Assembly: GCA_002633005.1 (NCBI GenBank)
Contig: NMRA01000147.1
Coordinates: forward strand, 609,179 to 673,178
Direction of reading: 5' to 3'
DNA from: Phoronis australis
Lineage: Eukaryota > Animalia > Phoronida
Length of the DNA stretch: 64,000 nucleotides
The translations under genes and the position numbers were made by a program. The notes below the pieces were generated by a model that did no database searches, was not told where the DNA came from, and saw only the letters and a program-made list of their open reading frames with translations. This document shows positions 51,701 through 64,000 of this stretch, piece by piece. Every line of letters begins with the position of its first letter. Position 1 is the first letter of the stretch.

Positions 51701-53665
51701 AGCTCCTATACAGACACAGTGTAAAAAAGTACTTAGCAGCAACATTTCTGAGATAGGTTGCATTAACCTAAATGTGCTATCGTTTTCAAATAAATTGTTC
51801 TTCAATGTAATTCTCATCAAGAAATAGAGAAAATCTAAGATGATAATGTATACGTACACCAAGTTCATGTGCAGCAGCTATTATCTCCCCTGAAAATACA
51901 AAAATACAAGATGGTGAATAGCATTTTACTTTTGATCAACGGTGTACAATGTTCATACTTCAGAACTGTTTGCAACCAGGGATTGCTTATATTTAAATTT
52001 GTGAGGACTCTAGTTCAACAGTCAACAAAGTACTATGTTGTAACTACTGGACAGAAATATGTTTCTTTAGTTCAGGTCAATTTTAGCCTAGTTCTTGCAA
52101 CTAAAATGCAGTTAGGTGTCTGCCTACATAGACAGCTGGATAGAATGCGAAAGCGATTTCTAGGGCTGTGCTCATATTTTAAAAAACTACATATTTGACT
52201 TTTTATATGGAAACTAACTGTGCTGACAGACCTGTTAGATGTTTAATGTTACACTCTAACAAGCTCTTAGTGGCTCTAAGTATCCTGAAAGCAGCAGAAT
52301 GCAAACACAAAGATACATTCTGTGTGATTAGGTTTGTGTCAGTGCTGCACATTTACTACAAATGAACAACAGCACAGGAGCGTGACCTGTTTTAGATTCT
52401 ATCGTTGCCGAGCAGCACCTACATGATACTACCGGTAATTAGATTATTGAGGTAATCTCTCTGCAATCCTGTTGTGACAGCTAGCCTTTGTTGTAGGTTA
52501 CTTGATGTGAGTCAGAAGACGTTATGGTGCCATTTTGTTTGAAAAAATGATGTATAGTTCATCTAAGCAATGTAGTTCTGTAGCAAATCTGCCGACCTGA
52601 GAAATCAAGCAAGAAATCATCAAGTCCTCATTCACATTCAACTATGAACCCTTAATAAAGACTACTCAATAAAGAACGGTGCTAACTGAAAATTGCGTAA
52701 TATCCTGATCCCAAAGATCTCGTTTTGTCTTAATTTCGGTAATTCTTCACCTATTTAGCACACAATATGGCAGACATGTGAAATTCTTTTATGTTACATT
52801 CCTCAACGAAAGTAAAGATTAAGAACAGTTTAGTCTACCACAAGTATGGTTTGAAGTGTTTAGATGAGGTTCATTTTTTGAAGTTAACACTATTTCCAAG
52901 AAAGGTAACCAGCCATTAAAAATGAAAAATGACCATTTTGCTAATTATTTTGTTTCTAGAAAAAAAGTACAGCACAGTAGATTTACTAAATCCGTTTTAA
53001 GTCGCACCCACCTGCATCACCACCAGGCACACTGGGGTGAAGTGTTTTGATGTAAAGAGCAGCCACAGACACTGTAACAGCCAGTGAGGCGCTGATGTCT
53101 GGTAACCAGGGTAGTTGTTCAGGAACATTGGAACCAGTCACTTNTATGGTATTTGCCGAGTTATTGTTGCCGTGACTTTCCGTGATGAATCGGCAATTGC
53201 CGTTCATCCGTAACTCATCAGATAATTCCATATCCGGTATGTGAGACCAGGGAGTTGCTCCGGATGAGCTTTTTGGGTAGATTTTTGTGCTTTGACTGCG
53301 AATTTCTTGTGAACGCAGTGGAGCAGGACACCATAAAAGGTACTGGGAGAAAGAACAATTCCTCATGGTTTGTTGAACCTTTGTTTTGTGTAAATTTATC
53401 GAGTTTTATGTTTGCTATGGATGGCTGAAGTGAAGCACCCGTGGAATTTCTAGTCTGGAGTGTCATACAGGTAGTATTATAATATATAGTGTATTGGGGA
53501 CGATCAGAAGCTGAGGACGCCTGTGTGTGTGATTTCAACAACTTCTCGATTCGATTTCTATACCTACCGTTCTTTAAGTTTATCAGCGGACCTACTTTTT
53601 AATCCACCTTTAGTATTTGGAGTTGTATTACATTCTTTCTTGCTGCGAACTTTTTGACGATGCAT
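33784..53665 (-). CDS. TMEM260: TMEM260 (protein O-mannosyltransferase, DUF2723-containing). Exons: 53568-53665 (tentative), ~53012-53143, 51858-51889, 51124-51275, 49840-50017, 49441-49554, 47987-48166, 47046-47086, 46443-46526, 45974-46091, 43491-43564, 42678-42762, 42085-42215, 41654-41708, 40756-40907, 39036-39218, 38405-38458, 36505-36592, 33784-34074
   Basis: Spliced GT-AG exons in compatible phases give [98 protein letters not shown] and WHKNYA, which I recognise as TMEM260 motifs. The 5' end is uncertain because of the N at 53144. Confidence 0.92.
34464..36008 (+). mobile_element. Helentron-associated-like element with internal degenerate subrepeats (interrupted by a GC-rich MITE fragment at ~34526)
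   Basis: Starts aacaagagcaa, has recurring gccactag.tggc, aaatttca and ggagatacag motifs, and ends in the hairpin cacatatt...aatatgtg-agcataa. Confidence 0.55.
36913..37881 (+). mobile_element. Same Helentron-associated-like family
   Basis: Same 5' motif aacaagagcaa...gcattgaaatg...tggtgtgcttcta and 3' motif gatggcaa..tgcacccacat...gcataaa. Confidence 0.55.
38563..38704. repeat. 35-bp minisatellite, 4 copies
   Basis: (aaacaactagagaactatcaatagtgcaagcatgt)x4, near identical, no spacers. Confidence 0.9.
39850..40117. repeat. 33-bp minisatellite, 8 copies
   Basis: (tcctacataacctttagcgtcactt[a/t]tttattt)x8; the first four carry A and the last four carry T. Confidence 0.95.
43743..45382 (+). mobile_element. 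Same Helentron-associated-like family, long copy
   Basis: Same termini and subrepeat motifs as 34464-36008 and 36913-37881. Confidence 0.55.
48070..48848. repeat. Diverged ~395-bp tandem duplication that includes part of a TMEM260 exon
   Basis: 48070-48450 aligns with 48465-48848 (cgggcaagtgtatgtagggaaccaatc, aaactgtaacagataccta, gtccacccactgtctaccaatg). Confidence 0.8.
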
Positions 53666-54007
53666 GGTGGCATAAGAAAAAAGCTTTTAAAGTTCGTGAG
53701 CTTTTAACATGTTCAACTTTTACCGGGCATCTTTGGCGGAAATACGACTTGATAACTGTCTTCTTTTATTGAAGAACAATGTTGTTCGCCCTCTATCGGT
53801 GATAAGTAGATCTATTTATTTAGCAAGTTTTTTTGATTATACACTTCTTTTTAGATTCATAAAATGCAATATGTCTTGCTGTTTACTAATCATGTCGTTG
53901 AGAATCTATTAGTTCAACTATTGCATAACCAAAATCGCTGTTTTTACTAAATTTACACTTCGAAAGTGTCCCGGATGTTCAAGTGCAGCCTACACGAATT
54001 TGAGAAG
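53666..54007. promoter_or_regulatory. Putative bidirectional promoter between TMEM260 and the J-domain-like gene
   Basis: Divergent ATGs ~340 bp apart: GCCACCATG on the minus strand (53665) and AAGATGGCG (YY1-like/Kozak) on the plus strand (54008). Confidence 0.55.
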
Positions 54008-57000
54008 ATGGCGCGAAGCGTGGAAAAGGCAAAGAATAATTTTCTTGGCCTCTTAGGCCTGCCAAAATGTGCCAGCGAGGGTATGGAAATTACATCGTCT
54101 TCCACTAAAAATCCATGCAATGTTCTCGAGCTTAGACATTTATGCCTGTCAAACTAGCTATGTTAACCGATCTTTGAAGTGACGCGGTCATTTAAACTTG
54201 TTAATGACATGTTATTGTTCTCGTCTTTGTTCATCAGACTTCATTGTTATACAGTGATATTTCCGGTTATACAGAATTGATTAAACGCACAACACTTTTC
54301 ATTGTTCACAGTCTTTATTCCGTTACGTTCGTACTTTCGGAACAAAACTCTTAACTCTCAACTGAACATAGATAAAGTAACTGACCTAGCGACATAATTA
54401 AAAGACACACGATATTTCGAAACATGCTTGTTTCATTCTCAAGTGAAGATAAAATGACGCAGTAATGCCACCACCTAGAGCATAAGCTGATGACACACAC
54501 AGTGGGACACAGCGGGTGTGAAATACTGCAAAGAATGACTAATGAAGAGGGGTAACAGGAGAGTCACACCAACAGGTGTAACGTGGGGCGTGACCCTGTT
54601 TGTTGCTCATTCAAAACAGGCTTCTCAAAAGCAATTAAAAGGGACTCTAATACCTTCAATCACAGCACATCATGCTCCACGTAGTGAATTGAAGTGTTTT
54701 CCACAATTTCTTGATGGGTGATGTTACGAAGACATTCGTTCATAGGGCATACAAATTCATAACCAACACTACACTGGACAACGGGGCGGACGTTCCCTTT
54801 AGAAATGTTATTTTTCATGACCCAAGTTGGAGGACTTCCTATTCCGATAAGAAGTAATAACATCGAGGTAATCATCAGGCTTACAAACTTTATCCCGAAC
54901 GATTATCTTGCGTGTTCATCCTGGAGGTAATTATTGGACATAACATTTTTGTAAAATACCTTTTTGGTCACACCGGTCTGACGTGCAGGTCTTCGTAGCT
55001 AATTCTGGACACACCGGTGTAACCAAAAAGATATTTTACAAAAATTTCATGTCTATTAATTACTTCCAGGATGAACATGCTATTAAGAAAATTATAAGAG
55101 ACAATCTTAAAGTTTGTAAGCCTGATGATTACCTCGATATTATTATTTACTATCGGAATAGGAAGTCCTTCAACTTGGTCATGAAAAATAACATTTCTAA
55201 AGCGAAAGTCCGCCCTGTTGCACAGTGTAGTGTTGTTTAAGAGTTTGTATGCCCTCCTATGAACGAATCTCTTCGTTCAAACGTCAAACATTGTTACATT
55301 GGTCAAACAGTTTGCAGTCTTTCCTGTCGGTTGTCTATGCATCTTCAAAATGGTGCCATCCAAGATCATTTTCTGCAATGTCACGAACGTAAAATCACCC
55401 ATCAAGAAATTGTGGAAAACACTCGATTCGGTACATAGAGCACGATGTGCTGTGATTGAAAGTATTAGGGTCCCTTTTAATTACTTTTGAGAAGCCTGTT
55501 TTGAATGAAAAGCAAACAGGGTCACGCCAAACGTTACTCTTGTTTGCATGACTTTCCTGTTACCCTCCTTCATTAGTCATTCTTTGCAGTATTTCACACC
55601 TGCCGTGTCCCACTGTGTGTGTCATCAGCTTATGCTCTGTGGTGGCATTACTGCGTCATTTTACCTTCACTTGAGAATGAAACAAGTATGTTTCAAAACA
55701 TCGTGTGTCTTTTCATTATGTCGCTAGGTCAGTTACTTTATCTATGTTCAGTTGAGAGTAGAGTTTTGTTCGGAAAGTATGAACGTTACAGAATAAAGAC
55801 TATGAACAATGAAAAGTGTCGTGCGTTTAACCAATTCTGTATAACCGAAAACTTGCTCCCGAAGTACAGCCAGTAACATTTACAAGACAATCCACCTTAA
55901 GATTCATGAAATCTGGCGTATGTGTTCTTACTAGGAAGTCAAGAGGGCGACTTATTGTATGACACCTCAGGAAAATGAAAATGAAATCACAAGGTGCATT
56001 CATTACCCTAGCCAGCCAGCTAGCTGTATGAAAACTATCGTCAATATACAGCTAGGTATTTTTTCCGTAGACCCCGAAATTGCACACAACCAGGGTAGTT
56101 CTGCTCGTCAACTCGCCGTGAAACCTGTATCAACATGTAGAGCTAAAGTCAGACCGGACGGGGTGCATGCAAAATCTGGGAATCAAACGACACTCACCTT
56201 GCCAGTTACAACCGTTAAAGTGGAAAACAATCTAATAAAAGTCATTTTCTTGCGTAATCCTTGGCCTTTTCTAACAAAGAAAAGTTATGTCGTCGTATTG
56301 AAAACAGTACGCTTGTGACACGCGCACGTGCCATTTCCTAATTTTTGTGACAACTTTGCAGCAGCAAAATTTGTTCTGAAATTCGGTTTTTCGGTATCGA
56401 AATTCTGAAAACTTATAATGAAGTGAAACCAGTTCCAATAATTTGTTGTGACGTGAACGCAACCTCTTGAAAGGACAACAGTTGATTGAAGAATTGGTGA
56501 AAAAAGAAACTGGCCAATAGGTGACACAATATTTGATGTCGCCGAAAGCCGACGCTGGAGATCGCTCCACAACTTAAGTAGCAGAATAACGGTAGAACGC
56601 CATTTTTTCCAACACCGTTAAATAATTTAGTTTATATGCGCTAACTGCAAAGCGATACCGAAGCTAGTTTACAGTGAAACAACACATGTAGTTGAGATAA
56701 ATGGTCATATATATTATGACAAACTAAACTACTACAGATATCAGTAATTACAAAAGTTATATAACATGTTGAACTGTAAAGGTGGGTGACAATCTGCCAC
56801 AGATACTCAAGGAAAACTGTAGTTTTTAATGACACTAATTTTGTGTCAGATTTTATCTTACCACTTTTTTACCCACGTTGGCGGAAAGCTGTATATTTAG
56901 TATACAGCTTTGTACCAGAGCTATCATTACCCATGAATGATGTTCATTTATTTCAATCTTGCATTTGATTGTTTTGTTTTCAGGCGACATCATAGACAAA

Positions 57001-60000
57001 TTTTTGAAGAAAGCCATGCTTGTACATCCAGAAAAGGTTAGGTTTGATTTTGTTTTGCGATCATAAATCATGATGAGCCCCTCTAGTACGTATTATTTTT
57101 TGTCAGTTAACTGTTGTTAAACTTGTTTCCATTGTTTCTGATAGTAAAATGTTGAATAACAGTGGAAGAAAGGAAGAAATCTGACTTGTGTGAATACAGC
57201 CTTAAGTGCAGTCCTAAGTGCATTATGTGACTTCATTGACTGTTAGTCTATCATTAGCTAGAATCTTCAATTGATTTAATAATTGTAATAATGTAATAAT
57301 TCTTGGTCTTCTTATTTGTATAGGATGGGAGGCCTGAAGCAACAGATCAGTTCAGAAAGCTTTCTCACGGGTTTTACAACTTTTTGAATTTTCACGGTTC
57401 TCTGCGGAACTACAGTAAGCATTATTTGCGTGAAATGGATGTCTTTGTCAATCACCTGGCATCATTGCTGCTGACATCTTGGCTGAAAACGGCTGATTTT
57501 ATCCTAGTAATAGCATGCCACCAACATGAGCATGACACTATTTTTTGCTTGTAAGTTCTCCAGTTTTCATGAATGGAATTCTTGGAGTTGAACTTTTTTC
57601 AAATTATTAAAAGAGAGTTGAATGTTTCATGGAAAACTGAATTTTAGATTTGCTAAACTGTATTTATCTGTTTTTGCAAAAGGACTGATCGTGCTCTTGG
57701 TTTTAATCATATAATTAAATGGGATGATGCTCGTCTTGTTGAGTCTGAAAATAATTTAAGATCTAGACAGATAAGAGAGTCTGTTTGGGTCAGAAGAGGT
57801 GGGTCAGCTATGAACAGGGATGATGGAGGGTATAAGTTGTCTAACAGCCTCATCACCATGCCACCTATAGTGCCCAATAACTTTGGAGGATGGCTGCTGA
57901 TAGCCAAAACTGTCAAGGTATTAAGTGGTAGTTCCTTTTTCACAAACTGTAAAGTTATGGAATTTATTGTAATTGGATGAATATTGTGTCTCGCATATGT
58001 GGCAAAAGTGAAGTCAGTGCGTCAAACAAGGCATGACAATTAAGACTTCTCTGTGGCGTTGTGAAAATTTGTGATGTGATAAATTGTGACTTGCCATTAC
58101 ATATGAATCCATTCTCTGCTAGACTCATTTCAAGATTTTTTGTTTTACCTTTCTATTACCACAAGGTTCTTTGATCCCCATGTGTTATTGCTGAAGTTCA
58201 ATTTTTCAGACTTGTGGTATTGCTCAACTTGCAAATGTGTTCACAAGGAGTCTTGTCACAACTATGATACAGAAGAAGAGGATTACTCAAGCTCTGATGA
58301 CTTCTACAGTGATGAAGAGGACGATGAAACTTACGTAATGGGATTTCCTACTGTGCCAAAAATTTCTTAATGTTGTGTAGGGCCTTATTGATAAGACTGT
58401 ATTTTAACTAAAAAAATTACAACACTATAGATTTTAACTTGGTAAGTATGTATTTTATGAAAGTAGAAAGCTTATTATGAGGAATATGATTTTTAGTCAT
58501 TAATTGCCTTGGGTCACATTACCATGTTTTTTGGTAAAATTGGCCATTCATAGCAAAATAATGGTATCAATAAGGTAATCAAATTTTATTTGACGTAATT
58601 GTTTAAGATGAGATCTCAAAAACCGCTGTAATACAGTTTTCTGTAGTTTCGTCTAATTTCCTTTTCATTTTATGCAGTAAAAGTCTTATTTTTAATAGCC
58701 CCTCATGCAAAAGTGGAACACTTTAAAAACAATTCTAACAAAAAAGTTTAGAGAACAGTGCACTAAGCATAGAATCTGGAAGTTTCATATGAATCCGATC
58801 AACCATTTCCGAGACATGGTTCCAAAGTTGTCCAAATTTGAAATTTTTATAGGGGCCTACATAACCTTAAAATGCTGCTTCTTTGTCACATACCATCGTT
58901 CTAGCAATTATGAGACATGCAGTGAATTCTGTCCGAGTTTAAGTTGTTGTGACGGTGACACGCATGCACGTAGTCATCATGACAGACAATTTCATTTGTG
59001 CTCAGTCGTCAGGATCTAGAAATCCAGGTCATTTTCTCTTGTTGTATTTTGGCCTATACTGTATTAATCAATTAAACAAGTGTTCCAATAGACTCTCATT
59101 ACTTTGAAACTTGACTAAGTCCTACTGTACTTGAGATACTGTGAGAACAGGGTGTTAGTCACAACACTGGGGCTCTCACCATGAGCTAGATTTGGATCCT
59201 TTCATGTATTTAAATTATGTAATTGCATTTGAAGCACTTTATGTCTGAAGCTCATGTGTGTATTGGTTGCTTCTGGACGACTTAGCTGATGTATATCATG
59301 CGGTGAGATGCACAATACAAACCAATTTTAACTTGATGCGTAACTTTAGACAAGAAGCTTAAAGCTTCGTTTGCCCCATTTTGCTAGCTTAAAAAGTGAA
59401 TTCCAAAATAGTGCATGTACGCGTTGCCTGTGACTTATGTTGCTCTCTCATTCAAGAACTTTTCAAGATGTATGAGTGTTGTAATGTTTTTAAATTCCAA
59501 GGTATTTTGTTTACGAATTCAATATAGACTTCTCATCAGTGGCAAAGTGCTCCTTTAACAGAACTGTTTGTTACTTTAACTGAACTGTTCGCTCCTTTAA
59601 CAGAACTGTTTGTTACTTTCAGCTGGACATGTTTTATGAAGTCCTCAGGGAAGCAGTTTTCCGTCACCGTAAGTAATGTACTGGTTTCTCTAAGTGTTTA
59701 ATACAGCTGTAAGTAATCACCTTTTGCAAAACAGTTTACTAGCCACAGCTCTAGATTTTACCATTTGTATTTCAATTTAGCACCAGCATTTAAACAAGAG
59801 TGCAGGTGGTCTGATGTCTTTTGCAGTACATCAGGCGTTTTCAGGCCACAAGGCCGAGTCCAGCACCAGCGCTTAGTACCTAAACATCTTATCCGAGCTT
59901 GAATTTCCTTGACCCTTACTAACCATTGCTCGGTTAGCTACAGGTTGTCAAAAAATCATAATTAAACTAATTGGGCCTGTCACATTTTTCAACATAAAAA

Positions 60001-63000
60001 GGCCATGATCCGGCCTTTCGTCACAAAATCAACTTGATTTAAACTAGTTACAGCTATGAAATTTGTCTCCAGTTGCCGTTTGATTTCGGGTCTTTAAAAG
60101 CACTGACAGTTCACTGAATCTGGAGACAAGGCTGGGCAAGTTGGCTTGCCGTGGCTCATCATTTTGTGTGCCAAGAATGATCTCAAAGAATAGGGAACTG
60201 TCAGCTCTTCTCTCATTTGAGTATGGATCAAGCTGAGGCCGGTCTTATAGCGATATGTTTTCTTGATGAAGTCTTATAGCGATTAGGTGGTCTGGATGAA
60301 AAGTTCTCGTATGAAACATGGGTTATTCTCGCTTTAATTCCTTGAAAATTCTTGCTTCTTGTCAAACATTGCTGCAGAAACTTGAATAAAATTGCTGGTC
60401 AGCTACACAATTCAGTCGATGTTTAGGGAATTCTTCATTGAGAAAAATTGTTTTCTTACTAGTTGGTGATCAAAATATATATTCCGATATCCTGCCCGCT
60501 TCTGACAGGTCAGTGTAGTATGCCCGAGTGCACTAAAATAAGGATATCGGCTACGTTGCTAGTAAGGCTGTGTGAAATGTTGAGGTGGAACCTTGAATGA
60601 GGTTGTTATAGAAGACTTGGAGAATGATGTCAATGAATAGTTTGAGCATAGTCAATCTTGCAAGTAAGGATTATTCATTATGAATTAGTAGTAGTTTTTA
60701 ATTTAAGGTGTAAAGAAATGGTGTGTGTTGATTGCAGCTTCTTGTGATTTTTAAGAGTTTGCATCAAAAAAGAAAAGGAAGAAACACATTCCTGTCCAAG
60801 GTGAAGAAGAACAGAAAGAATTCTACGACTTGTTGTTGAAGGTAATATATTCTTACTAAGGGGATAGCAAACATTTTTGACGTAACTTTTAGTAAAAACA
60901 TCCATTATTTTCTTTTCCCTTGACATGTATTAATTATTCATGGAACAATAGACAGTGACTTAACAACCCATCTAAAGGCCCGTATCTTGGTTCTATGTTG
61001 ACTTCTATTGAGCAAAACACGAGTAACATTGTGTGAATGTTGATGCAAGGTGCAGGCCTTTTACTGGGCTGTCTGCATCACATTCCATTGTCCCCTGAAT
61101 ATGAATTCTCTCCAGGGGAACCTGTAATTTACTCAGAAATTTGTATCTCCCAAGATAACCATGGATCTGTGTTTTTCTGAAGGTATATCAAAAACGATTA
61201 CTTAAGGTTATGGGTAATCTTATTAGCAATCCTGCATTCATTGTTTTAGCACAGCCTCAAATTGCTGAGCATTACATCCAGGTTTTTATTCACTCCCATG
61301 CATACATTCACTAGTGAGACGGAGCTCAGAGGAACAGGAGACACCTTTGTGCAATGCTCGATTGTCAGCCGGACTGAGTGAAGTCAGAATTTGAACTCAA
61401 GTCTCTCAAACGGGTGCAGAGCTCAAACCACTGAGCCACATTGTCTCCTCTGTCTGCCTTGAGTCGATATTGTAGTGTCTTGCAATGAGTTAGACGAATG
61501 AGAATTATCAAGCCAGTCACGCATGTTAGTGGAGTTAGTGACCTTGAATTTACGATTTCAAAAACAGAACTCTGTTTTTTTTTTGTTTTCTAAACTATCA
61601 ACTTCCATTTTACCTCAAAGTGTTAGAAAACGAAAATGACTTGGGAATTGCATTACTTATTCGTTGAGCTATGCCGCTGCTCTGATGTCTTGCTGCTCGT
61701 CATATTTATTGTTTCTCAAAAGTGAAAAAAGAAAAGCACCATGTTCAGAAAGGTTGAACGACTACTCAAACATGTCTGCTGCAAAACAGTCATTGATCAA
61801 TTTGTGGCCAATATATGCGTCGAATTTGATTGATTATTTCTCAATTTTTGTTATTTGAAAACTGAAAGTATTAGAAAGTGTGGTACCTGCTGGAAATTCA
61901 GTTCGAAATCTCTAATTCCATGAAAGAAGTCGAATTCCGTGGATTACGTTAGTTTTTCATTATCTTGGAAAACTGGTGTCTGTGGATTGGGATTGTAACT
62001 GTTGCTTTAGCATCTTTGAGTTGACATTGTCTCTTTATATTGCATTTATTTTGAGATGATCGTTCATCAGTTTGTTTTTGTTGCAGAAACGAAATGCCGA
62101 AGATGACGCCATAATAACAGAGGAAGATGTAAGTTCTACTGTTTTGTGTCAGGGATATTCTGAGCATACCTTTGTCTAAGCTAGTCTTTAGAGACAAATT
62201 AGAAAACATCATGGTTTTACCAGGGGCCTCTTTCTTGAAGTCTGTTTACTTTAATTTGTCTATTGACTTTTGGCTAAAAATCAGTCAACAGATGACTTAG
62301 CTTGTTTCGTGAAAACCAGGCTATAGCTGAAAATCCAAAAAACTGTTCACAACTCGAAGCCAAAAGACAGAAGTCCATGGTTTGCTCAAAGAGACAGCAG
62401 ACCAAATGTTTTGAGAAGTACAAGACAAAAAAATTTTGGCTGCTCATAGTCAGATCTCTGACTGTGGCTGAAGTCAAAGGTAATTGGACTCTTGGACAAA
62501 TAGACCCTGGGGCTGATGAATTACTAATTGTGAATATTATTAATCACAACTTCTGGAACTTGCAGTGAGTTATAATTGATCATAGTACTAACTAAGCTAA
62601 CATGAATTATACAGCATAAAAAAGATTTGACGGAACAAAAATTTGATTTAGATTTAAAGTTCTATAATGGTAAAATGTCACCCATTTTGGACAAACTTAT
62701 CGCCAGAATTGGTTGTTTTTCAAGAGCATCTATGTGAATGCCCACATCTCCTCAAGACATTGTCCAGTGATAGCTTTAGTATTCAACTTAAGACTAATAA
62801 AGCCTTTATTTTATGCTACTTAATATCTTTGATGGAAAAAACAAATTAAATTTGATTTGTCTACCATGTTGCATCCTAAGTTGGTTAAAATTTAGAGTAA
62901 GTTATGAAACAAATGTCATAATGAAACTGGTTCTCATTTCTAGGGCCCCCAGTTGCCTTTAACATAATGTAGTAACTTTCTTTTAGCTAAAGAAATTCCA

Positions 63001-63641
63001 TTCTTATGATGAGTGGAGAAAGGCTAGAGATCGTAGGAAGAGGCCAAATCACAGGACACGGGTAAAGTCATAGTCTGATTTGAAGATCAATGGTAACTAC
63101 TCAGCCATCTTCATTTTCATCTGTGACTGTGTGGTAATGTCTGACCACCTCTGGATATGTTTTAGATGGCATAAACTGACATAGAACTACCAATATTTTG
63201 CAGTAAAAACATTCATTTGGTTCTTGTTCAATGGAAATTGCTGGTTTAAAAAAATGCCTCTTTTTTGCATGTGTTGAATTACAATGTGGATGGGTTTTCC
63301 TACCTGCGTTGAAGTTTACCCACCATGCATAGAGTTTTACCTTGGCCAATGGATTTTGCAAAGAACTATGCAGAACCATGTAAAGATCACTGCTAGCTGG
63401 ACACCACTATCCAATATTGGACGTGTTTCCCCAGTCATTACCGAGCAGTGTGTGATTAGGACTAATTTACAAAACCTGATAAATCCAATTAGCTTTTCGC
63501 TACTACCTTCACTGCAGGAGTTTTAATTTGATTAATATGTTTTTACAGAAAGCAAAACAGAAAGCCAATAAGCCGGTTCTTGAAAAGCCAAAACAGTTCA
63601 CCAAGAAGCAGTTGTTGGTTATGCAGAAGAAGCGTGAGATG
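54008..63641 (+). CDS. J-domain (DnaJ)-like protein, continues beyond the window. Exons: 54008-54080, 56984-57036, 57324-57414, 58210-58334, 59623-59668, 60756-60841, 62087-62128, 62987-63061, 63549-63641
   Basis: Phase-compatible GT-AG exons give MARSVEKAKNNFLGLLGLPKCASEGDIIDKFLKKAMLVHPEKDGRPEATDQFRKLSHGFYNFL, the J-domain helix pattern with HPE. It is followed by WYCSTCKCVH, an acidic tract and K/R-rich segments. The later exon boundaries are tentative. Confidence 0.68.
54264..55847. mobile_element. Inverted pair of Penelope-like element 3' fragments (arms 54264-54977 and 55013-55847)
   Basis: The arms are reverse complements separated by a ~35-bp spacer. The right arm encodes a decayed GIY-YIG (VV*EFVCP...CYIGQT.CSLSCRLSMHLQNGAI.DHF...FEKPVLNE). 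Confidence 0.78.
57707..57845 (+). mobile_element. Penelope-like GIY-YIG C-terminal fragment
   Basis: Translates NHIIKWDDARLVESENNLRSRQIRESVWVRRGGSAMNRDDGGYKLS, the NH.I.W...R.I.E..W...MNRD.G.Y.LS PLE signature. Confidence 0.72.
58690..58905 (+). repeat. Dispersed repeat related to 39680-40130
   Basis: Shared atagcccct.atgcaaa..gtggaaca, catag.atctg.aag.ttcat.tgaatcc.at and cctacataacctt motifs. Confidence 0.6.
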
Positions 63642-64000
63642 GTATGATAAGCTGCCATAAGGTTTTGTAGAACTCGGGGAAAAATGTCCAGATTAGGCTA
63701 ACTTCTGAACAATGTCAGAAATGACTAATCAGTTAGCATGAAAACGAAAAGATGATTTAGAAAACAGTGAGAGCACTTTTGAGAATTCACCTTGAGCTAT
63801 TGCATAAAATTTTGTCATGTTATTGATACTATTGTTGTACTATCAGTGTACCTTTCATTTTTCCTAAATTTTACAAAAAAGTCTTGGTCATGTGACTAAA
63901 TAAATGACAGTTTGACAAAAAGTCACTAATCAAATTCTACAGTCAGGCTTTCTGCTTTTAGAAAATTTAAATTAAATTTATACTGTGAGTGAGTTGAAAT

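Overview
AT-rich, intron-containing eukaryotic (invertebrate-like animal) genomic DNA from a draft assembly, with a 92-N gap at 19314-19405 and single-N joins at 1455, 26416 and 53144. Four genes can be built by eye. (1) An intronless class A GPCR (-). (2) A six-exon, ~1459-aa uncharacterised gene (+, 21841-31995) with an internal Hint (intein-like) autoprocessing domain and a C-terminal helical region carrying hydrophobic segments. This is not a hedgehog architecture; it looks like a self-cleaving pro-effector and is the main finding. (3) TMEM260 (-, about 17 exons). (4) A head-to-head gene (+) encoding a J-domain-like protein with HPE instead of HPD. The rest is repeat-rich: a Ty3/Gypsy LTR element, THAP-bearing TTAA-flanked Kolobok-like elements, Penelope-like remnants (one with a minimal hammerhead ribozyme, one forming a 1.6-kb inverted repeat), Helentron-associated-like elements with internal subrepeats, MITEs, tRNA-SINEs and minisatellites. 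A 3.3-kb duplication carries a second copy of the Hint gene's promoter and first exon. All calls come from manual reading and motif recognition; no searches were run.
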